Origin: an uncultured SAR116 cluster alpha proteobacterium
Lineage (GTDB): Bacteria; Pseudomonadota; Alphaproteobacteria; Puniceispirillales; Puniceispirillaceae
Direction of reading: 5' to 3'
Assembly: GCA_902559985.1 (NCBI GenBank)
Contig: CACEJY010000004.1
Location: 1,372-65,371, forward strand
DNA: 64,000 bases
Numbering within the stretch: the first letter of the stretch is position 1; each line of letters opens with the position of its first letter. The position numbers and the translations under genes were made by a program. The notes beneath the pieces are model-generated. The model was given only the letters and a program-made list of their open reading frames with translations, was not told where the DNA came from and searched no databases. Positions 1-10,398 of the stretch are shown one piece after another.

Positions 1-1174
1 CCGGCACCATCACCATTAAAATGGCATCCTCAATTGGCACAAAATCGCCAAAAAAACCGATCAAAATGCCTCCAATTGTAAGGCCGCCGAACGAAACGCT
101 GGACCACCAAGTCATAACCCTTGCTCGATAATCTTCATCTACTTTTAGTTGTATCAGCGTCTGCGCACCAATGCCCACAACCGTTGTGGTGAAGCCCGTT
201 AGTGCAAAAATCAAACTCATGGGAATAATCACGCTTGTCATTTTGAGGCAAGCCGTTCCCAAAATACCAACAGCCAACATCGGCCAAAGACAACGCTGGA
301 TGAAATCTGGTGGCAGTTTTCCAAGCCCAATCCAAATTGAAGCCAGCAATGCTCCAATCCCTGCCGCAGCTGTAGCAATTGCTAATGCCTGGCTGCCGCC
401 ACCCAGAATTTGACCAATAATCGCAGGCTGAATTTCCAGAACACCGCGCACCAGAAAGCTATTCAGCGCGACAACACATAGAGCAGTAAAAATTAGCGGG
501 GTTTGCAGCGCAACATTGCCACCATCACACAACTTTTGAAAAAACCTATCGGTATTTGGCTTTGACTTGGCTCGCGGTTCAAGTGGTAATAATGTTAAAG
601 CTAGAATCAGTGGCGCATAGAGAATAACCGCCAGCCCAAATGTGTTTGCAAGACCTAAAATCACAATTGCAAAGCCCGACAACCCAGGGCCAACAACACG
701 AGCCATGTTCCATGAAACCGAATTCAATCCAATGGCGCTGGCAAGGTAAGGGCGAGGCACCACAATTGAAATAAACACCAGCCGGATTGGATGGTGAACA
801 GCGCTAAGCAGGCCAAGCAAAAGCGATGTTACCACCAATGTGTGGATGTTATGCATCTCAAAATATTGTAGGCCAAAGATTATAAAGCTGATGATCATCA
901 TTAGAATTTTTGTAATTAAAAAGGCACGCCGCATGTTCCAGCTTTCGGCATAGACAGCAATGAATGGACCAATAATACCAACCGGCGCCATCAGGGCAAT
1001 TGAAACGAAGCTTGTCCAAAATGTTGATTCTGTGATCTGCCATGTTAGCCAACCAAGCCCGACCTTTTGAATCCAAGTTCCGAGTAATGACATTGTGTTG
1101 GTCAGAAAATACGCCACAAAGGGGCGAACGGTTAACGCATTAATCTGTTCCGTCATGTTGTTGTTGCGACCCAT
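1..1174 (-). CDS. MFS transporter (MFS_3/H+ antiporter-like), 3' end beyond window
   Basis: Manual translation from ATG 1174 (or 1156): MTEQINALTVRPFVAYFLTNTMSLLGTWIQKVGLGWLTWQITES...LASAIGLNSVSWNMARVVGPGLSG...QTLIQLKVDEDYRARVMT. Frame stays open to the window edge, so it is absent from the ORF track. Starts directly after the hydrolase stop. Confidence 0.85.
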   Translation of the reverse strand, partial: MGRNNNMTEQINALTVRPFVAYFLTNTMSLLGTWIQKVGLGWLTWQITESTFWTSFVSIALMAPVGIIGPFIAVYAESWNMRRAFLITKILMMIISFIIFGLQYFEMHNIHTLVVTSLLLGLLSAVHHPIRLVFISIVVPRPYLASAIGLNSVSWNMARVVGPGLSGFAIVILGLANTFGLAVILYAPLILALTLLPLEPRAKSKPNTDRFFQKLCDGGNVALQTPLIFTALCVVALNSFLVRGVLEIQPAIIGQILGGGSQALAIATAAAGIGALLASIWIGLGKLPPDFIQRCLWPMLAVGILGTACLKMTSVIIPMSLIFALTGFTTTVVGIGAQTLIQLKVDEDYRARVMTWWSSVSFGGLTIGGILIGFFGDFVPIEDAILMVMVP

Positions 1175-2032
1175 CTAAATGCTCTCGAGAAAGCTCGAAA
1201 GCACCGTGTTAAACTGAGGCGCATCTTCACAATAAGGGGCATGGCCCACACCCGCTAGTTGGGTATGTCTCGCGTTAGGCAACTCAGCCCGGAGGGCCGC
1301 ACCAGCGGTTGGTGAGACGACGATATCCATCTCACCAGTTAAAATCATAACCGGCGCAGTAATATTTGTAAGCAAGCTAGTTGTGTCAAGGTAATGCATG
1401 GCCGTGCCGCCCGAAATAATACCCTCCACCCTGACATCGCCCGCTACCGAAACCAGAAAGGAAAAGATGTCAGGGGCAATATCTCGAGCCAGCATTTTTT
1501 GGATCCGCACCCTACCATAAGTTGAATCATCCATGCTCTCGCGCTGACGGATTCGCTCCATCACAGCGTCATCCAAGGGGGTGCCAAATGGATGGGCATG
1601 CCCTTTGTGGGTGCAAGACAGGACCAACCCTGCACATAAATCAGGATATTTAGAAGCAATTATTTGTGCCTGCATGCCACCCATCGAATGCCCAATTATA
1701 ATCACTGGACCAAAATCAAGGTTTCTAATCAGACCTGCGGTTTCATTGGCAATTGCTGCCATACTGCTGTCACCGACAACATGCGATTCACCAAATCCAG
1801 GCGCATCAATGGCAATAACAACATTTTCGTTAAAATACGAAATCTGTTGGGACCAGCTTTTACTACTTCCATTAAACCCATGAAGGAAAACCAATGCAGG
1901 TTTAGATTTTTCATTGCTCGAAATTTTTAGGCAAGCATCACTCATGCGATAAGAGGTTGCGACCCCACTTTTTTTATTAACAAACAGTTTTGAGGGCGGC
2001 AAACACCTCAAAGCATCCTGAAAGGAGCTCAT
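1175..2032 (-). CDS. alpha/beta fold hydrolase (enol-lactone hydrolase-like)
   Basis: LVFLHGF oxyanion motif, GHSMGG nucleophile elbow, GEMD acid, GHAP His. Probable start ATG 2032 after AAGGGG (ORF track starts at 2074). Confidence 0.85.
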   Translation of the reverse strand: MSSFQDALRCLPPSKLFVNKKSGVATSYRMSDACLKISSNEKSKPALVFLHGFNGSSKSWSQQISYFNENVVIAIDAPGFGESHVVGDSSMAAIANETAGLIRNLDFGPVIIIGHSMGGMQAQIIASKYPDLCAGLVLSCTHKGHAHPFGTPLDDAVMERIRQRESMDDSTYGRVRIQKMLARDIAPDIFSFLVSVAGDVRVEGIISGGTAMHYLDTTSLLTNITAPVMILTGEMDIVVSPTAGAALRAELPNARHTQLAGVGHAPYCEDAPQFNTVLSSFLESI

Positions 2033-2161
2033 ATTAAATCCCTTGTCGAGTGGATTACAAACTTGCAATATCACTTGTAGACAAATCTGGCGAAGTGTAA
2101 CAGAGTAAATCGTTCGGCTCGTGGATTGCCGTATAAAAAATTTAATAAAAGGGAGAGTTAA

Positions 2162-3742
2162 ATGAAATTTTCACGATTTTTAGCGGTCAGCATTGCAGCG
2201 ATAGGCTTATCAGTCTCTGCAAATGCAGCTGACCTTCGTGTTGGCTTAAAGTCCGAGCCAAGTTCTATAGATCCTCATTATCATAACCTCGGCCCCAATA
2301 ATGGGTTTGCAACTCATATTTTTGGAACTTTGGTTGGAAGTGATGAAAACCAGCAACATTACCCAGACCTTGCTACATCCTGGAAACCAGTTAATGACAC
2401 CACTTGGGAATTTAAACTTCGTAAAGGTGTAAAATGGCATGATGGATCTTCATTCAGCGCCGATGATGTTATGTTCACTGTTGAGCGCGCTCAGAATGTG
2501 CCTAACTCACCCTCAAGCTTTGTGACTTACTTAAAGGGCAAGACTTTTAAAAAGATTGATTCCCACACAATTCATGTTGTCACCGCAAAACCTTACCCTC
2601 TGATGCCAAATGACCTCAGCACAGTAAAAATAATTTCTGCAAAGGCCGGCAAGGGCGCAAGCACTGAAGATTACAATAGCGGCAAAGCAACAGTCGGAAC
2701 TGGCCCCTACAAATTTATTGAGTGGGTGCCAGGTGACCGCATAGTGCTTGAGCGGAACGACGCTTATCATGGCACTAAAGCCGCGTTTGATAAGGTGATT
2801 TTCAAACCAATCAAGGCAGGACCTGCACGTATTTCGGCCCTCCTAGCTGGAGATGTTGACTTTATTGACAATGTTCCCCCCCTTGATGTTGCTAGACTCA
2901 AAAAAGATAAGAACGTTCAGTTAAGTAGCGGCCCATCAAACCGCGTTATTTACTTACACATGGATCAATTCCGTGAAAATTCCCCTCACATTACAGCCAA
3001 AGATGGCAGCCCAATCAAAAACCCACTAATGGATGTGCGGGTTCGAAAAGCTATATCTCTATCAATTAACCGTGATGCAATCGTATCACGTGTTATGGAA
3101 GGTATAGCCGTCAAGGCAGGTCAGCTCTTGCCAGCAGGCTTTCACGGTGTCTCTGACAATATGAAACCAGACCCATACGACACAAAGATGGCTAAAAAGC
3201 TCATGGCTGATGCAGGCTATCCTGATGGATTTAAAATGACTATCCATGGGCCGAATGATCGTTATATTAACGATGCCAAAATTGCCGAAGCCCTCGCACA
3301 AATGTTAAACCGTGTCGGTATTGACGCCAGCGTCGAAACCATGCCTAAAGCTGTGTATTTCAAGCGTGCCTCTCGGGGTGGCCCAAACAAATCACCTGAA
3401 TTCAGTTTCATGCTTCTTGGATGGGGTGCAGGTTCCGGTGAGGCTTCTTCTCCGCTCAAAGCCCTTCTTCATACCTATGACAAGTCAAAAGGTATGGGTG
3501 CAGCTAACCGAGGACGTCACACAGACGCTAAAGTCGATGCGCTTATCCAAAAAGCGTTGGCGACTGTTGATGCTGACGCACGAGGCAAACTACTTGCTGA
3601 GGCAACTGAAAAGGCCGTCGGAGAAAATTACGGTGTGATCCCAATGCACTACCAGGTCAATACTTGGGCTGCAAAGAAAGGTTATAGTTACTTGCCGCGT
3701 ACTGATGAGCGGACAATCGTAACTGGCCTGTCTGGCAGCTAA
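2162..3742 (+). CDS. ABC transporter substrate-binding protein, family 5 (DppA/OppA-like)
   Basis: Signal peptide; LATSW..WEFKLRKGVKWHDG, GTGPYKF, DVRVRKAI motifs; RBS GGGAG. Confidence 0.95.
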   Translation: MKFSRFLAVSIAAIGLSVSANAADLRVGLKSEPSSIDPHYHNLGPNNGFATHIFGTLVGSDENQQHYPDLATSWKPVNDTTWEFKLRKGVKWHDGSSFSADDVMFTVERAQNVPNSPSSFVTYLKGKTFKKIDSHTIHVVTAKPYPLMPNDLSTVKIISAKAGKGASTEDYNSGKATVGTGPYKFIEWVPGDRIVLERNDAYHGTKAAFDKVIFKPIKAGPARISALLAGDVDFIDNVPPLDVARLKKDKNVQLSSGPSNRVIYLHMDQFRENSPHITAKDGSPIKNPLMDVRVRKAISLSINRDAIVSRVMEGIAVKAGQLLPAGFHGVSDNMKPDPYDTKMAKKLMADAGYPDGFKMTIHGPNDRYINDAKIAEALAQMLNRVGIDASVETMPKAVYFKRASRGGPNKSPEFSFMLLGWGAGSGEASSPLKALLHTYDKSKGMGAANRGRHTDAKVDALIQKALATVDADARGKLLAEATEKAVGENYGVIPMHYQVNTWAAKKGYSYLPRTDERTIVTGLSGS

Positions 3743-3762
3743 AGAAAACGACAAAAACATTA

Positions 3763-3809
3763 ATGCCTCACATTGCTCTGAAGAAAATGCGATGTGAGGC
3801 ATAGTTTTT
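3763..3809 (+). terminator. stem-loop after SBP gene (partial terminator / mRNA stabiliser)
   Basis: ATGCCTCACATTGC (3763-3776) pairs with GCGATGTGAGGCAT (3789-3802), followed by AGTTTTT. Confidence 0.6.
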
Positions 3810-3825
3810 CCTTCAGGATCGAAAA

Positions 3826-4800
3826 ATGACAGCATTCATTCTCCGACGATCACTACAGAGCATTATTGTCCTTTTCGTAATGTCATTAATAGTCTTTGTT
3901 GGCGTGAATCTTGTTGGTGACCCTGTTGACATGTTGATCAACCCAGAAGCCGATCAGGCTGAAATTGATCGAGTTATTCGTGATCTTGGACTTGATCGAC
4001 CTGTTTCAGAGCAATATTGGTATTTTGTTGTAAATGCATTCCAAGGTGACCTTGGACGCTCATTCATTTTTGGAGAACCCGCGCTGAAATTAATTATCCA
4101 ACGCATGCCTGCAACGATGGAGCTAGCATTGTTTTCACTTTTAATGGCTGTTGTGTTCGGGATTCCCCTAGGAATATACGCTGGTTTAAAACCAAACAGT
4201 AAAGTCAGCAAAACGATAATGGCCGGATCTATACTAGGATTCTCAATGCCGACTTTCTGGGTTGGTATTATATTGATCATGTTTTTCTCTGTAAGCCTTG
4301 GTTGGCTGCCATCAACTGGGCGTGGAGAAGTTGCCACATATTTTGGCATTACAAGTTCTATTTTCACGCTTGACGGGCTCTCACATATATTTTTACCGGC
4401 ATTCAATTTAGCCTTATTTAAGCTATCATCAGTTATCCGGTTGGCCCGAGCGGGAACACGAGAAGTAATCCTCCAAGACTATATAAAATTTGCACGCGCA
4501 AAAGGCGTAGCCGAATCTCGGGTAGTTCGTGTTCATCTTTTGAAAAACATCATGATACCCGTTGTTACAATTATCGGCTTGGAATTTGGTTCACTTATAG
4601 CATTTTCAACTGTTACCGAAACGGTATTTGCCTGGCCTGGCATGGGCAAGCTCATCATTGACTCAATTTATAATCTCGACCGACCAGTCGTAGTGGCTTA
4701 TCTAATGATTATTGTGGTAATTTTTGTTACCCTGAACTTAATTGTTGATATACTTTATTCGGTTCTTGACCCCCGCGTCAGAATAAAGGGGGTAAGTTAA
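3826..4800 (+). CDS. peptide ABC transporter permease (DppB-like)
   Basis: GDPVDML, GLDRP..QY, GDLGRS, EAA-like DYIKFARAKG, ETVFAWPGMG, LDPRV. Confidence 0.95.
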   Translation: MTAFILRRSLQSIIVLFVMSLIVFVGVNLVGDPVDMLINPEADQAEIDRVIRDLGLDRPVSEQYWYFVVNAFQGDLGRSFIFGEPALKLIIQRMPATMELALFSLLMAVVFGIPLGIYAGLKPNSKVSKTIMAGSILGFSMPTFWVGIILIMFFSVSLGWLPSTGRGEVATYFGITSSIFTLDGLSHIFLPAFNLALFKLSSVIRLARAGTREVILQDYIKFARAKGVAESRVVRVHLLKNIMIPVVTIIGLEFGSLIAFSTVTETVFAWPGMGKLIIDSIYNLDRPVVVAYLMIIVVIFVTLNLIVDILYSVLDPRVRIKGVS

Positions 4801-5708
4801 TGAGCGCGCCCTCGCAAACCCAGAATGCAAGCCTTCCAGCATCAGGTTTAAGAAAATTTTGGTCGGATTTCTCAGAGAGTCCAACTGCTGTAATCGCGCT
4901 TTTCGTCTTTTTTCTAATTTTGTTCATCGCCATATTTGCACCTTGGGTCTCACCATCAGACCCCTATGACTTAACGAGCGTCGACATAATGAATAGTCGC
5001 TTGCCACCAGGTTCTGAAGATTTTTCAGGAAACTTTTATTTGTTAGGGACAGACGGTGCTGGCAGAGACATGCTTTCTGCTATCTTTTATGGCCTCCGAG
5101 TAAGCTTGGGAGTTGGAGCACTCTCTGGATTTGTTGCCCTCATAATTGGAGCTGCTTTAGGCTTGTCTGCAGCATATTTTGGTGGCCGGTTTGAAACTAT
5201 CACGATGCGAATTGTAGATATTCAATTAAGTTTCCCATCTATTTTAATGGCGCTAATTATTTTAGCCGCTTTTGGTAAAGGTGTTGAAAAAACAATAATA
5301 GCACTAATTTTAGTCCAATGGGCCTATTATGCCAGAGCTGCAAGAGCCAGCGCTTTGGTTGAAAAAAACAAAGAATACGTTGAAGCCGCACATTGTCTTG
5401 CATTAGGCAATAAACGCATAATTTTAAGTCATATTGCGCCAAATTGTATGGCGCCATTGATCGTGGTTGGCACTTTGCAAACTGCGCACGCGATATCTCT
5501 CGAGGCCACTCTCAGTTTTTTGGGTTTAGGGCTGCCAATCACAGAGCCATCTCTCGGCCTTTTGATCGGAAATGGCTTTGAGTATATGTATTCTGGTGAT
5601 TTTTGGATAAGTATTTTTCCTGGCGTTGCACTCCTGATCACTATTGTTTCCATCAACTTAGTTGGTGACCAACTGCGTGACATGTTCAACCCTCGCCTAC
5701 AAAAATGA
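4800..5708 (+). CDS. peptide ABC transporter permease (DppC-like)
   Basis: LLGTDGAGRD, EYVEAAHCLA, EATLSFLGLG, GDQLRD; 1-nt overlap with upstream gene. Confidence 0.95.
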   Translation: MSAPSQTQNASLPASGLRKFWSDFSESPTAVIALFVFFLILFIAIFAPWVSPSDPYDLTSVDIMNSRLPPGSEDFSGNFYLLGTDGAGRDMLSAIFYGLRVSLGVGALSGFVALIIGAALGLSAAYFGGRFETITMRIVDIQLSFPSILMALIILAAFGKGVEKTIIALILVQWAYYARAARASALVEKNKEYVEAAHCLALGNKRIILSHIAPNCMAPLIVVGTLQTAHAISLEATLSFLGLGLPITEPSLGLLIGNGFEYMYSGDFWISIFPGVALLITIVSINLVGDQLRDMFNPRLQK

Positions 5709-6691
5709 GACAGACCATGGAACCAATTTTAGAAATTAGCGACCTACAAACACATTTTTTCACGAAGGCCGGAATTCTGCGAGCTGTGGATGGTGTTAGT
5801 TTTGAAATTGGGGCCGGAGAGATCGTGGGTCTTGTTGGTGAGTCTGGCTCAGGAAAGTCAATAACTGGATTTTCTATAATTGGTTTAGTGGACTCCCCTG
5901 GGGAAATAATTGGCGGCACGATCAAGTTCAAAGGCGAAGATTTAAACGACTTGTCAAATGAACAAATGCAGCACGTTCGTGGCAATAGAATTGCGATGAT
6001 ATTTCAAGATCCAATGATGACGCTAAACCCTGTATTACGTATCGAAACACAGATGATTGAGGCAATTCAAGCGCACGACAACAAAATTAGCCGAGAGGAT
6101 GCTCGTATCCGATCGCGCGATGCTCTTGGGCTTGTAGGGATATCTTCACCAGATGAGAGGCTTCGCGCTTATCCCCACCAATTTTCGGGAGGCATGCGCC
6201 AACGCGTTTCAATCGCAATAGCTATGTTAAACCGCCCCGACTTGATCATTGCTGATGAGCCAACGACCGCTCTGGATGTTACCATTCAGGGCCAAGTTAT
6301 TAGTGAAATGCAAAAGCTATGTCGCGAGACAAAGACTGCTTTGCTATGGATTACTCATGATCTAGCCGTTATAGCCGGCATCGCAGACCGAGTTTGCGTT
6401 ATGTACGCAGGGAGAATAGTTGAACAAGGGTTGGTTGCCAATACAATTGCCAATCCCCTCCACCCCTATACTCGAGGGTTGATGGGAAGTGTACCAAGCC
6501 AAAATCAACGCGGCAAACCGTTGCAACAAATCAACGGTATGGTTCCCTCAATGCTCAGCCTTCCACGAGGCTGCGCCTTTCAAAATCGTTGTAGCTATGT
6601 GACGGAAAAATGTTCAACTGAACGACCAGACATCACACACCTAAGCGATAAGAGACAAGTTCGCTGTTTTAACGTTTCCGAGGTGCCATAA
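5705..6691 (+). CDS. peptide ABC transporter ATP-binding protein (DppD-like)
   Basis: [27 protein letters not shown] and C-terminal Cys cluster. Confidence 0.95.
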   Translation: MRQTMEPILEISDLQTHFFTKAGILRAVDGVSFEIGAGEIVGLVGESGSGKSITGFSIIGLVDSPGEIIGGTIKFKGEDLNDLSNEQMQHVRGNRIAMIFQDPMMTLNPVLRIETQMIEAIQAHDNKISREDARIRSRDALGLVGISSPDERLRAYPHQFSGGMRQRVSIAIAMLNRPDLIIADEPTTALDVTIQGQVISEMQKLCRETKTALLWITHDLAVIAGIADRVCVMYAGRIVEQGLVANTIANPLHPYTRGLMGSVPSQNQRGKPLQQINGMVPSMLSLPRGCAFQNRCSYVTEKCSTERPDITHLSDKRQVRCFNVSEVP

Positions 6692-6693
6692 TT

Positions 6694-7677
6694 ATGATGC
6701 CAATTTTAAAGGTAGAAAACCTCTCAAAAGATTTTGTGAAGTCATTGGACCTCGTGGCTAAAGGTTTGAACAAGATTGGACAAAATTACAAAGAAGAGAT
6801 TGTCCACGCTGTTGATAACGTAAATTTTTCAATTTTTAAGGGTGAAATAGTGGGCGTGGTCGGGGAGTCAGGGTGTGGCAAATCCACTCTTGGGCGAATG
6901 GTTGCCGGTATTCTGCAACCTACCGAAGGAAGGGTTGAGTTTGACTCAGGTCAAATTGAAAACAAAAAAATACCTGACGCCCTACTAACTCAAATGATTT
7001 TTCAAGATCCGTTCTCCTCTCTCAATCCTCGCAAACGTGTTATTGATATAATCACAGAAGCACCCCTCTACCACAAGTTGATAACCAAATCCGAAAAGCG
7101 TGCATTTGCATCAGAGATGCTGCAGCGAGTTGGTCTTGACCCTGATACATTACAGCGTTATCCCCATCAGTTTTCTGGCGGACAAAGACAACGGGTAGGC
7201 ATTGCACGGGCGCTCGCCGTATCCCCAGAGTTTTTAGTTTGTGATGAGTCAATTGCCGCACTGGATGTTTCAATTCAGGCCCAAATCATCAATCTGTTTG
7301 TTGAGTTGAAAGACAAATATGACCTGACCTATCTTTTCATCAGCCATGATATTGGTGTGATTGAGCATATCTCAGACCGTGTTATCGTTATGTATTTGGG
7401 AAGAATTGTTGAGACTGCGCCAATCAAAACCTTTGTCAAACAGCCAAACCATCCCTATACCCAAGCTCTTTTAGAAGGGGTGCCGCGCCTTGAAGTTGGA
7501 AAGCGGCAGTATGAGCCGATCAGTGGAGAGATTCCATCACCCCTATCACCACCAACGGGCTGCCATTTTCACCCACGTTGTAAATCCGCAACAGCGCGAT
7601 GTGAGAGAGAAAAACCTGCATTACGGGAAATTGCCGCAGCACATTTTTCTGCATGTCATTTGAATGACGAGACATAA
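6694..7677 (+). CDS. peptide ABC transporter ATP-binding protein (DppF-like)
   Basis: GESGCGKS, FSGGQRQR, HPYT, GCHFHPRC. Confidence 0.95.
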   Translation: MMPILKVENLSKDFVKSLDLVAKGLNKIGQNYKEEIVHAVDNVNFSIFKGEIVGVVGESGCGKSTLGRMVAGILQPTEGRVEFDSGQIENKKIPDALLTQMIFQDPFSSLNPRKRVIDIITEAPLYHKLITKSEKRAFASEMLQRVGLDPDTLQRYPHQFSGGQRQRVGIARALAVSPEFLVCDESIAALDVSIQAQIINLFVELKDKYDLTYLFISHDIGVIEHISDRVIVMYLGRIVETAPIKTFVKQPNHPYTQALLEGVPRLEVGKRQYEPISGEIPSPLSPPTGCHFHPRCKSATARCEREKPALREIAAAHFSACHLNDET

Positions 7678-7686
7678 TCTTTGCAA

Positions 7687-8964
7687 TCAGGATACCTTTA
7701 CCGCCTCATTTGCCAGACCCATTACGCAACCGGTTAATACGGTTGCGCCCTTTGCAATAGCTTCAGAGCTGGTATACTCTTCCGGGCAGTGACTCAAACC
7801 ATCACGGCAAGGAATGAAAATCATTGCCGCTGGAGCAATTCTGGACAGATGCGCGGTATCATGGCCTGCCCCGCTTGATATATTAATCGCAGAGAGACCA
7901 TTTGCTTTCGCCGACTCCTCTAACATTGTCATCAAATTACCATTCATTGGTGCTACGTCTGCTGCGGCAAGCTGTTGAACCGTGACCCTACAATTACGTG
8001 TTTTGGCAGCCTGATCACAAGCCCGTTCAAATGCCTCAAAAAATGAAACTCGAGCACGGGCATTTACGGCGCGTAAATCAAGGGTCATTTCAACCTGCCC
8101 AGGCACTATGGCAGCGCCATTTGGAAAAACGTCGATTTTCCCAATAGTGGCAACGAAATGCTGATTTTCATCGCGAGCAATCTCGCTGGCTAATGCGCTG
8201 GTCTTTTGAATAATATCAGCTGCAGCCACTAATGCATCTTGCCGTTCGGCCATGCTTGTTGTGCCACTGTGGCCAGCCTGACCAGTGATTGAAATACCGT
8301 AGCGGTAAATCCCTGGTATAGCAGTCACAATACCTATATCTTGGCCATTGCTATCGAGAATTTTAGCTTGCTCAATGTGAAGCTCGAGGCATGCCTTTAT
8401 CTGGCTGGCATCTGAGCGCGGTCCATCACTTGCTTGACCACTTCCGCCAATGCGGGATATCTCAGCACCAAGTCTGCGGCCTTCAGAATCAATTCTCTCA
8501 AGCATTTCAGATGTGATTAGTCCAGCCATATGCCGGCTACCGAGACAAGACGTACCCCAGACATTCAACTCTTCGCCAAGATAATCGACAATTTCTAAAT
8601 CAAATGGCAGTTCTATCCTTTTTTCATTCAGATAATGCACCACCTCCAACGCGGCAACCACACCGGCAATTCCATCAAAACGGCCACCTGCTGGCACAGT
8701 ATCAATATGCGATCCGATAATAACTTTTCCAGCGTTATCAACATTCTGCTTACCCTTGCGAACGCCAATCAAATTTCCACCAGTATCAATATGGCAAGCA
8801 AGCCCCGCAGCCAAGAACGTTTTACGAAGCCACTCCCGCCCCCGATCAAATTCGGGGCTGAACACGAGGCGAGTATGCGGACGGTCAGGTTCAGTTATGG
8901 TAGCAAGATGGTCAACTGCGCTGGTAATCCGCGATATCTGGTCTGGGGCTGTAATTTTCGTCAT
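7687..8964 (-). CDS. Zn-dependent M20 hydrolase, N-carbamoyl-L-amino acid / allantoate amidohydrolase family
   Basis: GSHIDTV..GGRFDG, GEE, ELHIEQ, GQAGHSGT, SGAGHD, SHCPEE. Confidence 0.9.
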   Translation of the reverse strand: MTKITAPDQISRITSAVDHLATITEPDRPHTRLVFSPEFDRGREWLRKTFLAAGLACHIDTGGNLIGVRKGKQNVDNAGKVIIGSHIDTVPAGGRFDGIAGVVAALEVVHYLNEKRIELPFDLEIVDYLGEELNVWGTSCLGSRHMAGLITSEMLERIDSEGRRLGAEISRIGGSGQASDGPRSDASQIKACLELHIEQAKILDSNGQDIGIVTAIPGIYRYGISITGQAGHSGTTSMAERQDALVAAADIIQKTSALASEIARDENQHFVATIGKIDVFPNGAAIVPGQVEMTLDLRAVNARARVSFFEAFERACDQAAKTRNCRVTVQQLAAADVAPMNGNLMTMLEESAKANGLSAINISSGAGHDTAHLSRIAPAAMIFIPCRDGLSHCPEEYTSSEAIAKGATVLTGCVMGLANEAVKVS

Positions 8965-9133
8965 ATTAGATCATCATCTATGGTTTTATTATGGTGATCA
9001 ACAGCGTACCCTTTGCACTCGGATGTTGTCGAGCCGAACATGAACAGTTTCTGCAGTAAATGGTTGATCATGAATTGTAATCAATCATACCCTAGAGATC
9101 TCGTACTCGTAAGATCGTTGTCAGGAGATACGG

Positions 9134-10315
9134 ATGAAATTAGTCGATGAGCTGAAGTCCAAAAAAGACGAGCTAGCAACATGGCGCCAACATCTGCATG
9201 CAAACCCAGAAATTGCTTATGAAGAGAAAGACACATCAAACTTTGTTGCGGCTAAGCTGGAAAGCTTTGGGGTCGAGGTACATGGTGGCTTTGGTGGCAC
9301 TGGGCTTGTTGGAGTTATTCATGGTAATCAGGGCGACCCAGCCAGCGGCAAGGCGATAGGTCTTCGCGCCGATATGGACGCACTTCCAATGTCGGAAGAA
9401 ACGAACCTTACTTATGCATCACAGCGCCCCGGCCGAATGCATGCTTGCGGTCATGACGGGCATACAACGATGCTGCTCGCCGCCGCCAGGCATTTTGCGC
9501 AAACACGAGAGTTTCATGGCACCATTTATTGTATTTTTCAACCAGCCGAAGAGGGCGGCAACGCTGGTGCTCGGTCCATGATCGATGACGGGCTGTTTGA
9601 AAAATTCCACATGGACTCCGTCTGGGGCATGCATAATTGGCCTGGGCTTGAGGTTGGACGTGCAGTCGCTCATTGCGGACCAGCTATGGCAGGAGCCGAT
9701 ATTTTCATTTTAACGATTGAGGGTAAAGGTGGTCATGCTGCGATGCCGCATCTGACCCGAGATCCGGTTGCGGCAGCGGGACTGTGCATTGTTGCCTTGC
9801 AAACGTTAATTTCACGCCAGCTTGACCCATTTGATCATGCATTGATTTCATTAACAAAGCTCGACGCTGGAAGCGCGTACAATGTGATCCCTGCAAACGC
9901 CACCATTGGAGGTACCTTACGCACGATGGAAGCAGATACGCGCCTTCGCATGATCCGTGATATTGAAGCGGTCGCCCAAAATGCGGCAGCGACAGTGGGG
10001 TGTAATGTTTCCATGGAATTGCGCCCAGGCTATCCGCCAACCTTAAATCATGAAGTTGATGCCCTTTTTGCGCGTGATATCATCGCCGATATGCTTGGCC
10101 CAAATGGGTTGGAGACGGGGATGAAACCAGTTATGGGTGCCGAAGACTTTTCATTCATGTTGAACCAAAAACCAGGGGCCTATATCTGGCTGGGTGCAGG
10201 TCTTGAGTCAGAAAACCTGCACAGCCCACATTTTGATTTCAATGATGAAATTTTACCAATTGGAGCCAGCCTCTGGGTTCGGCTTGCCGAATCCAAACTT
10301 GCCCAAACCCGATAG
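9134..10315 (+). CDS. M20D amidohydrolase (hippurate hydrolase / aminoacylase-like)
   Basis: LHANPE, LRADMDALP, MHACGHDGH, FQPAEE, GGHAAMPH, AEDFS, LHSP. Confidence 0.92.
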   Translation: MKLVDELKSKKDELATWRQHLHANPEIAYEEKDTSNFVAAKLESFGVEVHGGFGGTGLVGVIHGNQGDPASGKAIGLRADMDALPMSEETNLTYASQRPGRMHACGHDGHTTMLLAAARHFAQTREFHGTIYCIFQPAEEGGNAGARSMIDDGLFEKFHMDSVWGMHNWPGLEVGRAVAHCGPAMAGADIFILTIEGKGGHAAMPHLTRDPVAAAGLCIVALQTLISRQLDPFDHALISLTKLDAGSAYNVIPANATIGGTLRTMEADTRLRMIRDIEAVAQNAAATVGCNVSMELRPGYPPTLNHEVDALFARDIIADMLGPNGLETGMKPVMGAEDFSFMLNQKPGAYIWLGAGLESENLHSPHFDFNDEILPIGASLWVRLAESKLAQTR

Positions 10316-10398
10316 TGCTAGATCACAGTCTAAATGCGTTTACGCCAAACAAACTGGCTAAAAACTTTTTGGAACTCAATAATATTGAAACCAAGATT

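Noticed and set aside
1-1174. Apparent gene-free or pseudogene region (only short ORFs in the track)
   Set aside because: Manual translation shows one uninterrupted MFS frame that runs off the window edge.
9064-9084. TTGAT...ATCAA inverted repeat as an FNR box
   Set aside because: The spacer is 11 nt rather than 4; there is no other support.
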